Shown here piece after piece: positions 1 to 15,646 of a DNA stretch of 64,000 nt. Positions within the stretch are counted from its first letter, which is position 1. Each line of letters starts with the position of its first letter. The notes below the pieces were generated by a model. The model was not told the origin of the DNA. It saw only the letters and a list, made by a program, of their open reading frames with translations, and made no database searches. The stretch spans positions 122,140,001 to 122,204,000 of the forward strand of contig OZ024743.1 of the NCBI GenBank assembly GCA_964016885.1. The letters are read 5' to 3'. A program made the position numbers and the translations under genes. Origin of the DNA: Eledone cirrhosa (Eukaryota).

Positions 1-756
1 TATATATATATATACACATATATATATATACACATATATATATATACATATATATATATACATATATATATATACATATATATATACATATATATATATA
101 CATATATATATACATATATATATACATATATATATATACATATATATATATACATATATATATATACATATATATATATACATATATATATATACATATA
201 TATATATACATATATATATATACATATATATATATACATATATATATATACAATATATATATATACATATATATATATACATATATATATATACATATAT
301 ATATATACATATATATATATACATATATATATACATATATATATATACATATATATATACATATATATATACATATATATATATATACATATATATACAT
401 ATATATATATACATATATATATATACATATATATATACATATATATATATACATATATATATATACATATATATATATACATATATATATATACATATAT
501 ATATACATATATATATATACATATATATATACATATATATATACATATATATATATACATATATATATACATACATATATATATACATATATATATACAT
601 ATATATATACATATACATATATATATATATACATATATATATACATATATATATATATACATATATATACATATATATATACATATATATATACATATAT
701 ATATATATACATATATATATACATATATATATACATATATATATACATATATATAT
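1..756. repeat. (TA)n microsatellite interrupted by C (TACA variants)
   Basis: Continuous TA dinucleotides with a C every ~8-16 nt; runs off the window start. Confidence 0.98.
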
Positions 757-1361
757 GGTGGCTGCCAACTCGTTTTCGAGTACGGCCACTACTTTATATC
801 CATGTAGGAGAACCCCTACTGATGAGCTGAACGAGTGTGACTTTTTAGTCCAGCCAGCGACTTGAAAGCTCTGGTACAAACACTACACTTGTGACAATTA
901 TTGACACATAGTGCTGGGCCCATGGTACCATGTGACGACAAATGCAGTGAGATCTCCAGATATAAAGCAATGCCTGTGCCGTGAAGCTTTATAGTGAGCA
1001 AAGGCACTGCACAAAGCCAGTCCCACTCTCTTAACCAAGATGATATTTACCAAAAGAAGAACAAGTCAACATCATTGGAATACCATCAGGGTTGCAGGTG
1101 TTATATCAGAGTTTTCCTTCTCCTAGAATTCTGCCTTGACAAAGGCTAAGGGATCATCTCTCCCGGTGATTTTGGATGGCCATTGACTCTTAAGAGCTCC
1201 TTTGCCTTTTGACAGGTTTTGTTTTTAGTCCTGCAGGATGTCCAAAGTCACCCTCCTCACCAAGAAACCTTGGTGGGGTTGCCAGTTTAGTCGCCAACGA
1301 CCCGACCATGGGACAGGTTGTACTGGAATACATGTTACCAGTAGCACCAACTGGTGACCTG
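757..1361 (-). mobile_element. Non-autonomous bipartite RTE-type LINE derivative (5' UTR joined to 3' end with C2H2 finger)
   Basis: Minus ORF 816-1007 ends [23 protein letters not shown], a C2H2 typical of RTE/BovB C-termini. The upstream part carries RTE 5'-UTR-like motifs (TAAACTGGCAACCCCACC, CTAGGAGAAGGAAAACTCTGA). Flanked by (TA)n on both sides. Confidence 0.55.
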
Positions 1362-1543
1362 ACATATATATATACATATATATATACATATATATATACA
1401 TATATATATATACATATATATACATATATATATACATATATATACATATATATATATACATATATATACATATATATATATACATATATATACATATATA
1501 TATATACATATATATATACATATATATACATATATATATATAC

Positions 1544-1596
<53 letters not shown>

Positions 1597-1821
1597 TATA
1601 TACATATATATATATATACATATATATATACATATATATATATATACATATATATATACATATATATATACATATATATATATATACATATATATATACA
1701 TATATATATATATACATATATATATACATATATATATATACATATATATATACATATATATATATACATATATATATATATACATATATATATACATATA
1801 TATATATACATATATATATAC

Positions 1822-1900
<79 letters not shown>

Positions 1901-2311
1901 TATATACATATATATATACATATATATATATATACATATATATATACATATATATATATATACATATATATATACATATATATATATATACATATATATA
2001 TACATATATATATATATACATATATATATACATATATATATATATACATATATATATACATATATATATATATACATATATATATACATATATATATATA
2101 TACATATATATATACATATATATATATATACATATATATATACATACATATATATATACATATATATATACATATATATATATACATATATATATACATA
2201 TATATATATACATATATATATACATATATATATATATACATATATATATACATATATATATATATACATATATATATACACATATATATATATATACATA
2301 TATATATACAC

Positions 2312-2360
<49 letters not shown>

Positions 2361-2417
2361 CATATATATATATACATATATATATATACATATATATATA
2401 TACATATATATATATAC

Positions 2418-2464
<47 letters not shown>

Positions 2465-2671
2465 TATATACATATATATATATATACATATATATATACA
2501 TATATATATACATATATATATATATACATATATATATACATATATATATACATATATATATACATATATATATATATACATATATATATACATATATATA
2601 TATATACATATATATATACATATATATATACATATATATATACATATATATATATATACATATATATATAC

Positions 2672-2702
<31 letters not shown>

Positions 2703-2780
2703 CATATATATATACATATATATATATATACATATATATATACATATATATATACATATATATATACATATATATACATA
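1362..2780. repeat. 1.4-kb (TA)n/TACA microsatellite
   Basis: Direct observation; source of the spurious YI-repeat ORFs. Confidence 0.98.
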
Positions 2781-2938
2781 TATTGTTATACTTTGGGAGG
2801 GTCATGTTGCCAATAAGAAACACACGCACCAGTTGCTTTCACTTCAATTTAATTTAATATATATTTATAAATTTACAAATTTATAAATTTCTGGTTGGTT
2901 GGTTGGTTCCACAACCAGATAGTTGTTTATATATATAT

Positions 2939-2983
2939 AGTCATAGTTCTTTCGTCACACACTCTGTGACCTCTTCAGTGACT
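2939..2983 (-). ncRNA. Minimal type I hammerhead ribozyme (PLE left arm)
   Basis: Exact reverse complement of 5403-5447. Confidence 0.8.
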
Positions 2984-3283
2984 GGGGATTTCTTTCTTCG
3001 TTTCTGTGCCTTTCCTTTTCTATCCTACGCCATTTTGTTTGTGTGTGGGTTGCGTGCTCAGTTTGCGCATGCGCCACATCCGGGTGTCTGTGTGTGTTTG
3101 TGTTCATTTTTCTATTTTATATTTTTATATTTATATTTGTTTGTTTATTTATTTATTTATTGTTGTTGGTTGTTTGTTCTATGTGTGTGTGTGTTTTCAT
3201 TTTGTCTTGTGTGTGTTTTCATTTTGTGTGTGTTTTCAATTGTAAGTTGTTTATATATGTGTGTGTGTGTTTTCATTTTGTCC

Positions 3284-4516
3284 TTAATTGTAAGTTGTGA
3301 TGTTGCTGTTCCACTCATATTTTCTATTTAATTTTGGTTTTAATTCTTTTATGCTTACTGCCTCTGTAATTTGCCTAAACATTGCGTCTTTCTTGTGTGT
3401 GGATTCTATTTTTATTTCTATGCTCTCTAATTTACCCCTGTGTTCTATCTTAGCATGTTGGTAGAGCACAGATGATTCTTTACTATCTTGGAGGTCTCGC
3501 CAGTGTTCATTTATTCGTTCCCCTATACTACGAGCTGTCTCACCTATGTACACTATATTTTTGTTTCTACATTGTCCCTCAGTACATCTTATGCTATATA
3601 CTACATTTCTAGTTTTACAGTTAATATGGGGGCTTATTTTACAGGTTATACATTTCTTATCTATACATGAGGGTCTTTGGAACGGGTATCGTCTTGCTAA
3701 TAAGTGTTTTTACGGAGGTACCAGGTCTTTCTACTATCTTAATATTGAGATTATGTTTCTTTAGGGCCCTTCTAAATTTGTAGGCTAGTTCACCTCTAGG
3801 GGTTGTATTGATGAACATTACACTCTGGTATTTATTGCTATCATACCATGAGTTTATTCTATTGGCCTTGTTCTTAGTTCTTTCTATTCTATTCCAAAAT
3901 TTGCTCCTATACAAGGGCAGGTCCCATTTATGTCATTATTTACCATTTTTTCCCATTTGGTTCTGGCTCCTTTATACACTCTGATTCTATCTCTCTGATT
4001 GTAGCCAGAGAACTGCATACGGTGGATGAAGTGCTGTATGTGTCTCTCTAGTTCTTCGGGGTTGCACATGCGGGACACATTTCTCATCACCCGTATCAAA
4101 TCCGCAATCAGTATGTTGATTTTGGTATGGTCCGAAATAGCCGAGTTTCGGTGGATCAGATGTTTGGAAGTCATGGGTTTGGCATAATGGGAATGGAGGA
4201 TTTGTTTTTGGTTGTTAATAGTATCTAACCAGAGCTCTGTGTCTAGTACAGGTAATCGATGGTTGGGGTGTCTACTTGGGTAGTCTATAGTAACTCTAAT
4301 GCTCTGGTGGATGGAGTTTGCTATTTGCTGGATGCTTTCCATTGTGTTTTTCTCAGGTTCCTGACTGTTCTTTAGTGGGGGTGTCTTAACTACGATGTTT
4401 ATATCATCTACGTAGCGGGAGTACATTATCAGGGTTAATCTGTCTTCTAATTGTTCTTTAATTGTTCTTTAATTGTTCTTTAATTGTTCTTTAAGTTTTT
4501 GTTTAAGTCTACTGTC
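3284..4516 (-). pseudogene. PLE polyprotein C-terminal half (RT motif C, thumb, Zn linker, GIY-YIG), frameshifted
   Basis: ORF pieces 3884-4426 (YSRYVDDI, LPVLD, YAKPM), 3657-3914 and 3284-3553 join through two frameshifts. An 11-bp unit (TAATTGTTCTT) is repeated four times at 4448-4491. Confidence 0.88.
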
Positions 4517-4517
4517 C

Positions 4518-5102
4518 AAGGCCAATAGAATAAACTCATGGTATGATAGCAATAAATACCAGAGTGTAATGTTCATCAATACAACCCCTAGAGGTGAACT
4601 AGCCTACAAATTTAGAAGGGCCCTAAAGAAACATAATCTCAATATTAAGATAGTAGAAAGACCTGGTACCTCCGTAAAAACACTTATTAGCAAGACATAC
4701 CCGTTCCAAAGACCCTCATGTATAGATAAGAAATGTATAACCTGTAAAATAAGCCCCCATATTAACTGTAAAACTAGAAATGTAGTATATAGCATAAGAT
4801 GTACTGAGGGACAATGTAGAAACAAAAATATAGTGTACATAGGTGAGACAGCTCGTAGTATAGGGGAACGAATAAATGAACACTGGCGAGACCTCCAAGA
4901 TAGTAAAGAATCATCTGTGCTCTACCAACATGCTAAGATAGAACACAGGGGTAAATTAGAGAGCATAGAAATAAAAATAGAATCCACACACAAGAAAGAC
5001 GCAATGTTTAGGCAAATTACAGAGGCAGTAAGCATAAAAGAATTAAAACCAAAATTAAATAGAAAATATGAGTGGAACAGCAACATCACAACTTACAATT
5101 AA
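4518..5102 (+). pseudogene. 5'-truncated PLE ORF: linker zinc motif + GIY-YIG endonuclease (open frame)
   Basis: KANRINSWY...CIDKKCITC...NCKTRNVVYSIRC...C...YIGETARSIGERINEH...YQH...EAVSI...PKLN; no authentic start codon. Confidence 0.88.
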
Positions 5103-5300
5103 GGACAAAATGAAAACACACACACACATATATAAACAACTTACAATTGAAAACACACACAAAATGAAAACACACACAAGACAAAATGAAAACACACACA
5201 CACATAGAACAAACAACCAACCAACAATAAATAAATAAACAAACAAATATAAATATAAAAATATAAAAATAGAAAAATGAACACAAACACACACAGACAC

Positions 5301-5356
5301 CCGGATGTGGCGCATGCGCAAACTGAGCACGCAACCCACACACAAACAAAATGGCG
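5301..5356 (+). promoter_or_regulatory. Putative PLE pseudo-LTR promoter (ETS, NRF1 and YY1-like motifs)
   Basis: CCGGATGT (5301), GCGCATGCGC (5310) and AAAATGGCG (5348) cluster ~50 nt upstream of the hammerhead. Confidence 0.45.
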
Positions 5357-5402
5357 TAGGATAGAAGAAAGGAAAGGCACAGAAACGAAGAAAGAAATCC
5401 CC

Positions 5403-5447
5403 AGTCACTGAAGAGGTCACAGAGTGTGTGACGAAAGAACTATGACT
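5403..5447 (+). ncRNA. Minimal type I hammerhead ribozyme (PLE right arm)
   Basis: AGTCA-CTGAAGA-G-GTCACA(GAGTG)TGTGAC-GAAA-GAAC-TA-TGACT: 5-bp stem I, core, 6-bp stem II, minimal stem III, CUA cleavage triplet. Confidence 0.8.
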
Positions 5448-5661
5448 ATATATATATAAACAACTATCTGGTTGTGGAACCAACCAACCAACCAGAAATT
5501 TATAAATTTGTAAATTTATAAATATATATTAAATTAAATTGAAGTGAAAGCAACTGGTGCGTGTGTTTCTTATTGGCAACATGACCCTCCCAAAGTATAA
5601 CAATATCGGTTTCAACACACGATTTCAGATAAAGAATCTTGCTAAACAAATTCAGAAACGA

Positions 5662-9610
<3,949 letters not shown>

Positions 9611-9933
9611 TTGTTATACATTGTTATACTTGGGGTGGGTCATATTTGTGTAATAATATTGCCAGAATTAATAACAGAACACACTTACTGCTTGGTTGGT
9701 TTTCGCTTCTGTGTCTTTTATATCGGTTAATTTACATTATTCGGTCCACAATGTTACCATTGCCTGACCAACGGTCAAAAATACAGATACAATATAGACA
9801 CAAACACATATATATAGTCTAACAAAGTTCTTTCATTGCACATCTGCAACATCGTCAGTGCTGCTATTACGTCTCCTCCTGTTGCATTGTATGCCTACGC
9901 CATCAAGATGGCGTAGGCATACAATGAACAGGA
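9611..9933 (-). mobile_element. Pseudo-LTR fragment of a second PLE family
   Basis: Terminus ATGACCCACCCCAAGTATAACAAT is homologous to the 5581 terminus. Hammerhead at 9821-9862 and a 20-bp-arm palindrome at its 5' side. Confidence 0.7.
9821..9862 (-). ncRNA. Minimal type I hammerhead ribozyme
   Basis: Minus strand AGCA-CTGACGA-T-GTTGCA(GATG)TGCAAT-GAAA-GAAC-TT-TGTT; same layout as 5403 with covarying stems. Confidence 0.7.
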
Positions 9934-10033
9934 AAAAAGCGAGGATAATACGTCGCTATGTGGAGCGAGAAGAACAATTTCATGCAAAGACAAGACCAAG
10001 TTTATGGTATAAATGGAGTCGTTAGACTAATAT

Positions 10034-10668
10034 TCTATTTAAAATAACAGAATGATTTCCAGCCGCGGAGTTTAAGAATGATGTAAATAAAATTGAAAAC
10101 GAAAATGACAGAGGTTATTAAAATAGTAAAAGTAAATAGTGAAGATTTAGGCCAGTACATACGTATGCACCGACGGACATACACATATATACGCACACAC
10201 AAATACATACACACCCACAAACACACACATATACACACACACACATGCACGCATTATGCATCTCTACAGTATTTTCACCAAACTTAAGACATAGGTTACT
10301 TATGTACTCCGGATGGTCATGGGCACTTTCATTTTTCCAGATATTGATTATAGAGCCTCCCGGCAGATAACCCCCTTTAACCACTTCCTTGCGGTCGACT
10401 GAAGCACTGCAGTGCAATGCAACAAAACGTCATAACTTCTGGAATTCGCAACCGATTTTCACAAAACTTGACACATGGGCTACAGATGAATGTGAACTCT
10501 CAGAATTGGCACATATTGAGTAGAGGACCCCTGGTGGCAGGAATCCCCTTTTGGAAAAGGCTGATGATTTTGTAAAAGTATAGTTTTCGAAGCAGCACTG
10601 AAGTATTGACATAAATGGTATACACAACTGCTATTTAATACCCGAGCAACGCCGAGTACCTTTGCTAG
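10034..10668 (+). mobile_element. Non-autonomous Helitron-like element (5' boundary uncertain)
   Basis: The 3' end has a degenerate hairpin TACCCGAGCAACGCCGAGTA followed by CTAG|T; internal (CA)-rich tract. Confidence 0.55.
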
Positions 10669-10821
10669 TATATATATGCATATATATATATATATATATA
10701 TATGCATAGATATATATATATATATGCATATATATACATATGCATATATATATATATATATATGCATATATATATATATGTATATGCATATATATATGTA
10801 TATGCATATATATATTATATA

Positions 10822-13800
10822 TTACCCTCCATGCGCATCACATGTCCATACCCCTCAGTCTCCTCTGCCGTACACTACATTCTATCCCTCTCAGACACAG
10901 TTTCTCTCTCAACACATTTATGCTGGGTCGTTCACGCACATTTACACTGCACATCCAACGGAGCATGCTTGCCTCATTTCTCTCCAGTCATCGTATATCC
11001 TCTGCAGTTGCTGCCCATGTCTCACAACCATGCAGCATCGCGCTCCTCACACAAGCATCATATAACCGGCCTTTCGTACGCAGGGAGAAACTCTTCTTCG
11101 TCAACAGAGGAAGCAGCTCCCTAAACTTCTTCCAACCCGTCATTCTAGATACTATGGCCTCGGAACACCCTCCCCCCATGCTAATCTGATCTCCTAGGTA
11201 CCGGAAGCTATCCACCACTTCTATAGCGCCCTCCTGCATCTGAAAAATGTGTCTATCAATGCGACTTCTACTGTCTAATTTCCCTGTACATCTACTGCAT
11301 ACATATTTCTCCCTACCTGTTAGTTTTCCTGCTATCCTGCTACATCTCTTGTGTACCCAGGATCTGCATTGTGTGCATTTTATAGAATTTATGCCAGTTC
11401 CTTTTCTGCATATCGAACATGGCCATTTCCCTGACGGAATCAGGGTTTTGTCCTCTTTTCTACTCATCAACACTTTTGTCTTAGCTAGGTTCACTCTCAG
11501 TCCTCTTGCTTCCAACTGCTGTTTCCATAGCCAGAATTTATTCTCTAGCTCCTCTACTGATTCTGCTATAAGAACCAGATTGTCAGCATAGAGAAGTTCC
11601 CATGGACAGCCAGTCTTAAACTCCTCTGTTATGGCTTGGAGGACTATAATTAACAAGAGCGGGCTGAGGACCAAACCTTGATGTACTCCTACTTGTATCT
11701 GGAATTCCTCACTAAACTCCATTCCTACCCTGACTTTACTGAGAGTACTTCTGTACAAAGTTTGCACTGTCCTCACAAGCCATTCCTCAACACCTAGCTT
11801 CCTTAGGGACCACCAGATGACAGATCGGGGTACCCTATCAAAGGCCTTCTCTAGGTCAACAAAGGCTAAGTATAGTGGCTTATTTTTCTCTAAGACCCTC
11901 TCTTGCAATTGTCTCACCAAGAAGAGGGCATCTGTTGTACTCTTCCCAGGCACAAAACCAAACTGCATCTCATCTAGTTCGACTCTTTCTCTAATTGTGC
12001 TAATATCCTTTCTGCTACTTTCATAACCTGATCCATCTGTTTTATACCCCTATAATTGCTCCTCTCCAGAGCATCCCCTTTACCTTTGTAGCAATTTATG
12101 AGAATACTGCTGCACTAGTCTTTGGGTATGACACCACCATATATAGCCTGATTGATGATGCGTGCAACCAGTTTAGTGCCTACGTCCCCTGATGCCTTCA
12201 GCATCTCAGCAACTATTCCCGATGGTCCAGCAGCCTTTCCATTTTTCATTTCCCTAATCGCCTCTTGGACCCTATATTCGTCAATCTCAATAGCTGGTCC
12301 CTCTGTCGGATCTACCAAGGGTAATTTCTCTCTCTCCCATTCGTTCTCCACATTCATCAGTCTCTCATAATGACATTTCCAGGCCTCCTTTTTCTGATCA
12401 TTCATGACACTAAGTACAACGGCATCACCCCGGACACATTTATCTCCAACAACATCCTGATTTGCATTGACACACTGCCTTGCAATGTGGAACACCGCAC
12501 GCCTCTGATCTTCCCGTCGCAGAACATTGGCAAACCTCCTACTCTCCGCCTCCCTGCATGCTAAGTACACCTGACATCTAGCTTCTCTCTTAGTGGCTGT
12601 ATATTCTTCCCTACTCCCACCCTTTTTCCAAGCCTTCCATGCTAGTCTTTTGTCTCTAATGGCCTTATCTACTGTGCTGTTCCACCACCAGGTCACTCTC
12701 TGTCTGGTTGGAGCTCTGCTCCAGCCACAAGTTTCATCAGTAGCCTGCAGCAAGTTGTCACGTAAGAAATTCCAGTTATTATCTATGTCATACGTCTCTA
12801 AATTGACTTCTTTTTCGTCATATACATGTTGAAAGGCTTTCCTAAATATTTATTTTAGTGAAAGGTCTTTTAGCTTCCAGACCTTTCTACTCCACACCTT
12901 CCTGTATGTCTCATTCCATCTCTTGCTTACTGAGATATCACTAACGACTAACCTATGCTGTGGGGTACATTCTTCCCCAGGGTATGCCTTGGTATTAGAC
13001 ACTATCTGCCTGTCCTGCTGCCTAACTAGTAAGAAGTCAATCTGGCTTATGTGCTCACCAGATTTGTAGGTTATTAGGTGATTGGCAGGTTTCTGGAAGT
13101 TTGTGTTGCAAATAGTCAATGTACCTGCATCACAAAATTCAAGAAGTCTCACTCCTTCTTCATTTCTTGAGCCGTAACCGTGCCCACCATGTACCCCAGT
13201 GTAACCATCCTGGAGCTGTCCAACATGACCATTGAAGTCTCCTGCTAGCATAACGATGTCTCCGTCCTCTGTCATTGCGGTTGTTTGTAAAAGTTGCCCG
13301 TAAAAGCAGTCTTTCTCATCTTTGCCTAGGCCTGCTTGGGGAGCATAGGCCGAGATGATTGTCAGTAGTCTCCTACCTACAACTAATCTAAGCTTAATTA
13401 TTCGATTACTAACTCGAACTACCTCTATTGTCTTATTGATCCATTTCTCAGCCAGGAAAATGCCTACTCCCCCTAACCCATCATCCTTACCTACCCAGAA
13501 TAGCTTATAGCTAAGACGTTTGCCTACGACTAGTCTCACAGAGGCACCTCTCCATCTCACCTCTTGCATGCACCACACATCCACATGCCTTCTCTCCAGC
13601 ATCTCCGCTATTTCAGCAGATCTACCTCTGAGAGTACCAACATTAAGTGTTGCAATTCTGAGATGCGACGTCTTCATATTTTGTTGTTGTTCCTATTTGT
13701 TGCTGTGCTGATATGCGTTTTGGCATTGATACACTTGTTGGGTGCCCTTCCTAACACCAGCGCCACTTTACAGCATGGACTGGGTGCTTTTATTTGTGCC

Positions 13801-13866
13801 ACCAGCACTAGAGAGGATGTCTTACTAGACTCAAGGGCCCTCTCTCCATTTTACAGCATGGTCATT
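10822..13866 (-). mobile_element. Near full-length decayed RTE LINE (family A): APE endonuclease, RT, PHD-type finger
   Basis: ORF pieces 12850-13677 (ATLNVGTL, MQEVRW, AYAP, GDFNGH), 12115-12753 and 10988-11968 (FVDLEKAFD, GVHQG, LYADN, CSIC..CTQC..HKRC..CSRC). Broken by stops and frameshifts; the 3' end is missing at 10822. Confidence 0.93.
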
Positions 13867-13894
13867 AAAAAAAAAAAAAAACTATATGCATATA

Positions 13895-13933
13895 TGCAAG
13901 CAGGGAAAAGCGGACGTAAAATGATGATGATGA
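13895..13933 (+). mobile_element. RTE family A 3' tail with (GAT)n
   Basis: TGCAAGCAGGGAAAAGCGGACGTAAAATGATGATGATG matches the tail at 56476-56518. Confidence 0.75.
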
Positions 13934-13935
13934 TA

Positions 13936-13968
<33 letters not shown>

Positions 13969-13972
<4 letters not shown>

Positions 13973-14301
13973 TCATTTCATTTTACGTCCGCTTTTCCCT
14001 GCTTGCAAGGGTGGGACAGGAATTGATGCTGGTTTGATTTCTACAGCTGGATGCCCTTCCTAACACCAACCTCATTTACAGTGAGTGTTGGGTGCTTTTT
14101 TGCTGTGGCACCTATGACCACTTTGCAGTGGAATGATATGGACCCTAGTCCCTATCATCTCATTTCTGCAGCTGAGTAAACTGGAGCAATGTGAAATAAA
14201 GTGTCTTGCTCAAGGAAACAACACATCACCCGGTCTGAGAATTGAACTCACAACCTTTCGATTGCAAGGCCAATGCTCTAACCACTAAGCCATGTGCCTC
14301 C
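13969..14301 (-). mobile_element. tRNA-derived SINE family 1 (CORE-like body, bipartite RTE part, (GAT)n tail)
   Basis: A box TGGCTTAGTGG, B box GAGTTCAATTCTC, CCTTGAGCAAGACACTT body and RTE tail; other copies at 26036, 41738 and 42978. Confidence 0.85.
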
Positions 14302-14974
14302 ATGCATATATGCATATATGCATATATATATAAATATGCATATATATATATATGCATATATATATAAATATGCATATATATATATATATAAATATGCATA
14401 TATATATATATATAAATATGCATATATATATATATATAAATATGCATATATATATATATATATAAATATGCATATATATATATGTATTAGCATCATCCCC
14501 CTTCCTTACTAGCTACTTCCCTTACCTAATAGTCCCCCTTTGCACACTTGATCTCCTCCATCATGTTACTTCTCCGATGCACCTGGTTCCTTCCACTCAC
14601 ATCCCTAACTTTTAACCAAAAGCTGATGCATCTTTACTGTGCTACCTGACTGTGCGTGCTGACTCACTCCCTCTCACCAAGATCCCACTTCAGCCCAACA
14701 CTTACTCCACTCCCCCTCAACATCTCGCACTGCCAAATTTATCCCCTATTTCCTTTCCTCCATATCCAACCACACCAGCCTGGAAATTCATGCTACCCCT
14801 TTCCCCCACAATACCGTCAGAGCATCGTCCAACAGAGGTATTCATGATTGCAAGGCAGCTGGCAACAGAGATATGATTTGACTGGGATGAAGTGGAAGAA
14901 ATTGTAGGCTCAGATGGAATTAAGGAAAGGTGGAAGAGATATATAAAAACATTGTTACCTTTGAAGAATGAGTT

Positions 14975-15135
14975 GGAGAGAGAGAGGGGGGGGAGGTGGA
15001 GAGGGAGAGAGAGAAAGGAAGAGAGAGAGAGGGGGGAGAGGTGGAGAGAGAAAGGGAGAGAGAGAGAGAGGGAGAGAGAGAGAGAAAAGGGGAGAGAGAG
15101 AGAAAGGGAGAAAGAGAGAGAGAGAGAGAAAAAGG

Positions 15136-15171
<36 letters not shown>

Positions 15172-15201
15172 GGGAGAGAGAGAGAGAGCGAGAGAAAGAG
15201 A
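14975..15201. repeat. (GA)n purine-rich microsatellite
   Basis: Direct observation. Confidence 0.95.
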
Positions 15202-15300
15202 GTATGCCTATTCTCAGACAGACCAGCAGAGGAGACAACTAAGAGAAAGATGAGAGTAGAAGGGTAGGAAGGCTAACAGAAGTTCTGAGAGATATGTTAA

Positions 15301-15646
15301 CCCTTTAACATTTAAACCGGCTGTATCCGGCCAGAATTCCTCACCTTTTTCTGTTCAAACTTCTGGCGTCATGCTGTAACCAGCCATTCATTCTCATGTT
15401 AAGGTATTGTTCTCAAAATAAATTTATATATCATACTGTTTAAATTTTAACCCTTTAGCATTTAAACCAGCCTTATCTAGCCAGAATTCTCTCACCTCTT
15501 CCTGTTCGAACTGACTGTAACCAGCCACTCATACTCATGTTAAGGTATTGTTCTCAAAATAAATAATATCAAAATCTCATAGATTCGATATTATGTGATG
15601 TAAAGCTTTTACCATGAAGATACAATAGTAAATATAGAGTAATGGG
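15301..15646 (+). mobile_element. Tandem pair of piggyBac-type MITEs
   Basis: TTAA|CCCTTTA at 15301 and 15451; GGG|TTAA at 15646; internal homology to 24964, 30034, 50596 and the left end of 38351. Confidence 0.8.

Larger units (their letters stand above)
2781..5661. mobile_element. Penelope-like retroelement (C-terminal GIY-YIG), 5'-truncated, with inverted ~1.1-kb arms
   Basis: Arms 2781-3870 and 4517-5605 are near-identical reverse complements. The minus copy has RT motif YSRYVDD and the thumb region. Both copies have a CxxxxCxxC linker and GIY-YIG (NVVY...YIGET...RINEH...QH). Both arms hold a hammerhead. Inserted in (TA)n with no TSD seen. Confidence 0.93.

Noticed and set aside
819-872. 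CTGATGAG...GAAA hammerhead-like match
   Set aside because: No consistent stems or UH site; it is the antisense of the C2H2-coding LINE end.
14717-15267. RE/SL-rich ORFs
   Set aside because: Products of the (GA)n microsatellite.
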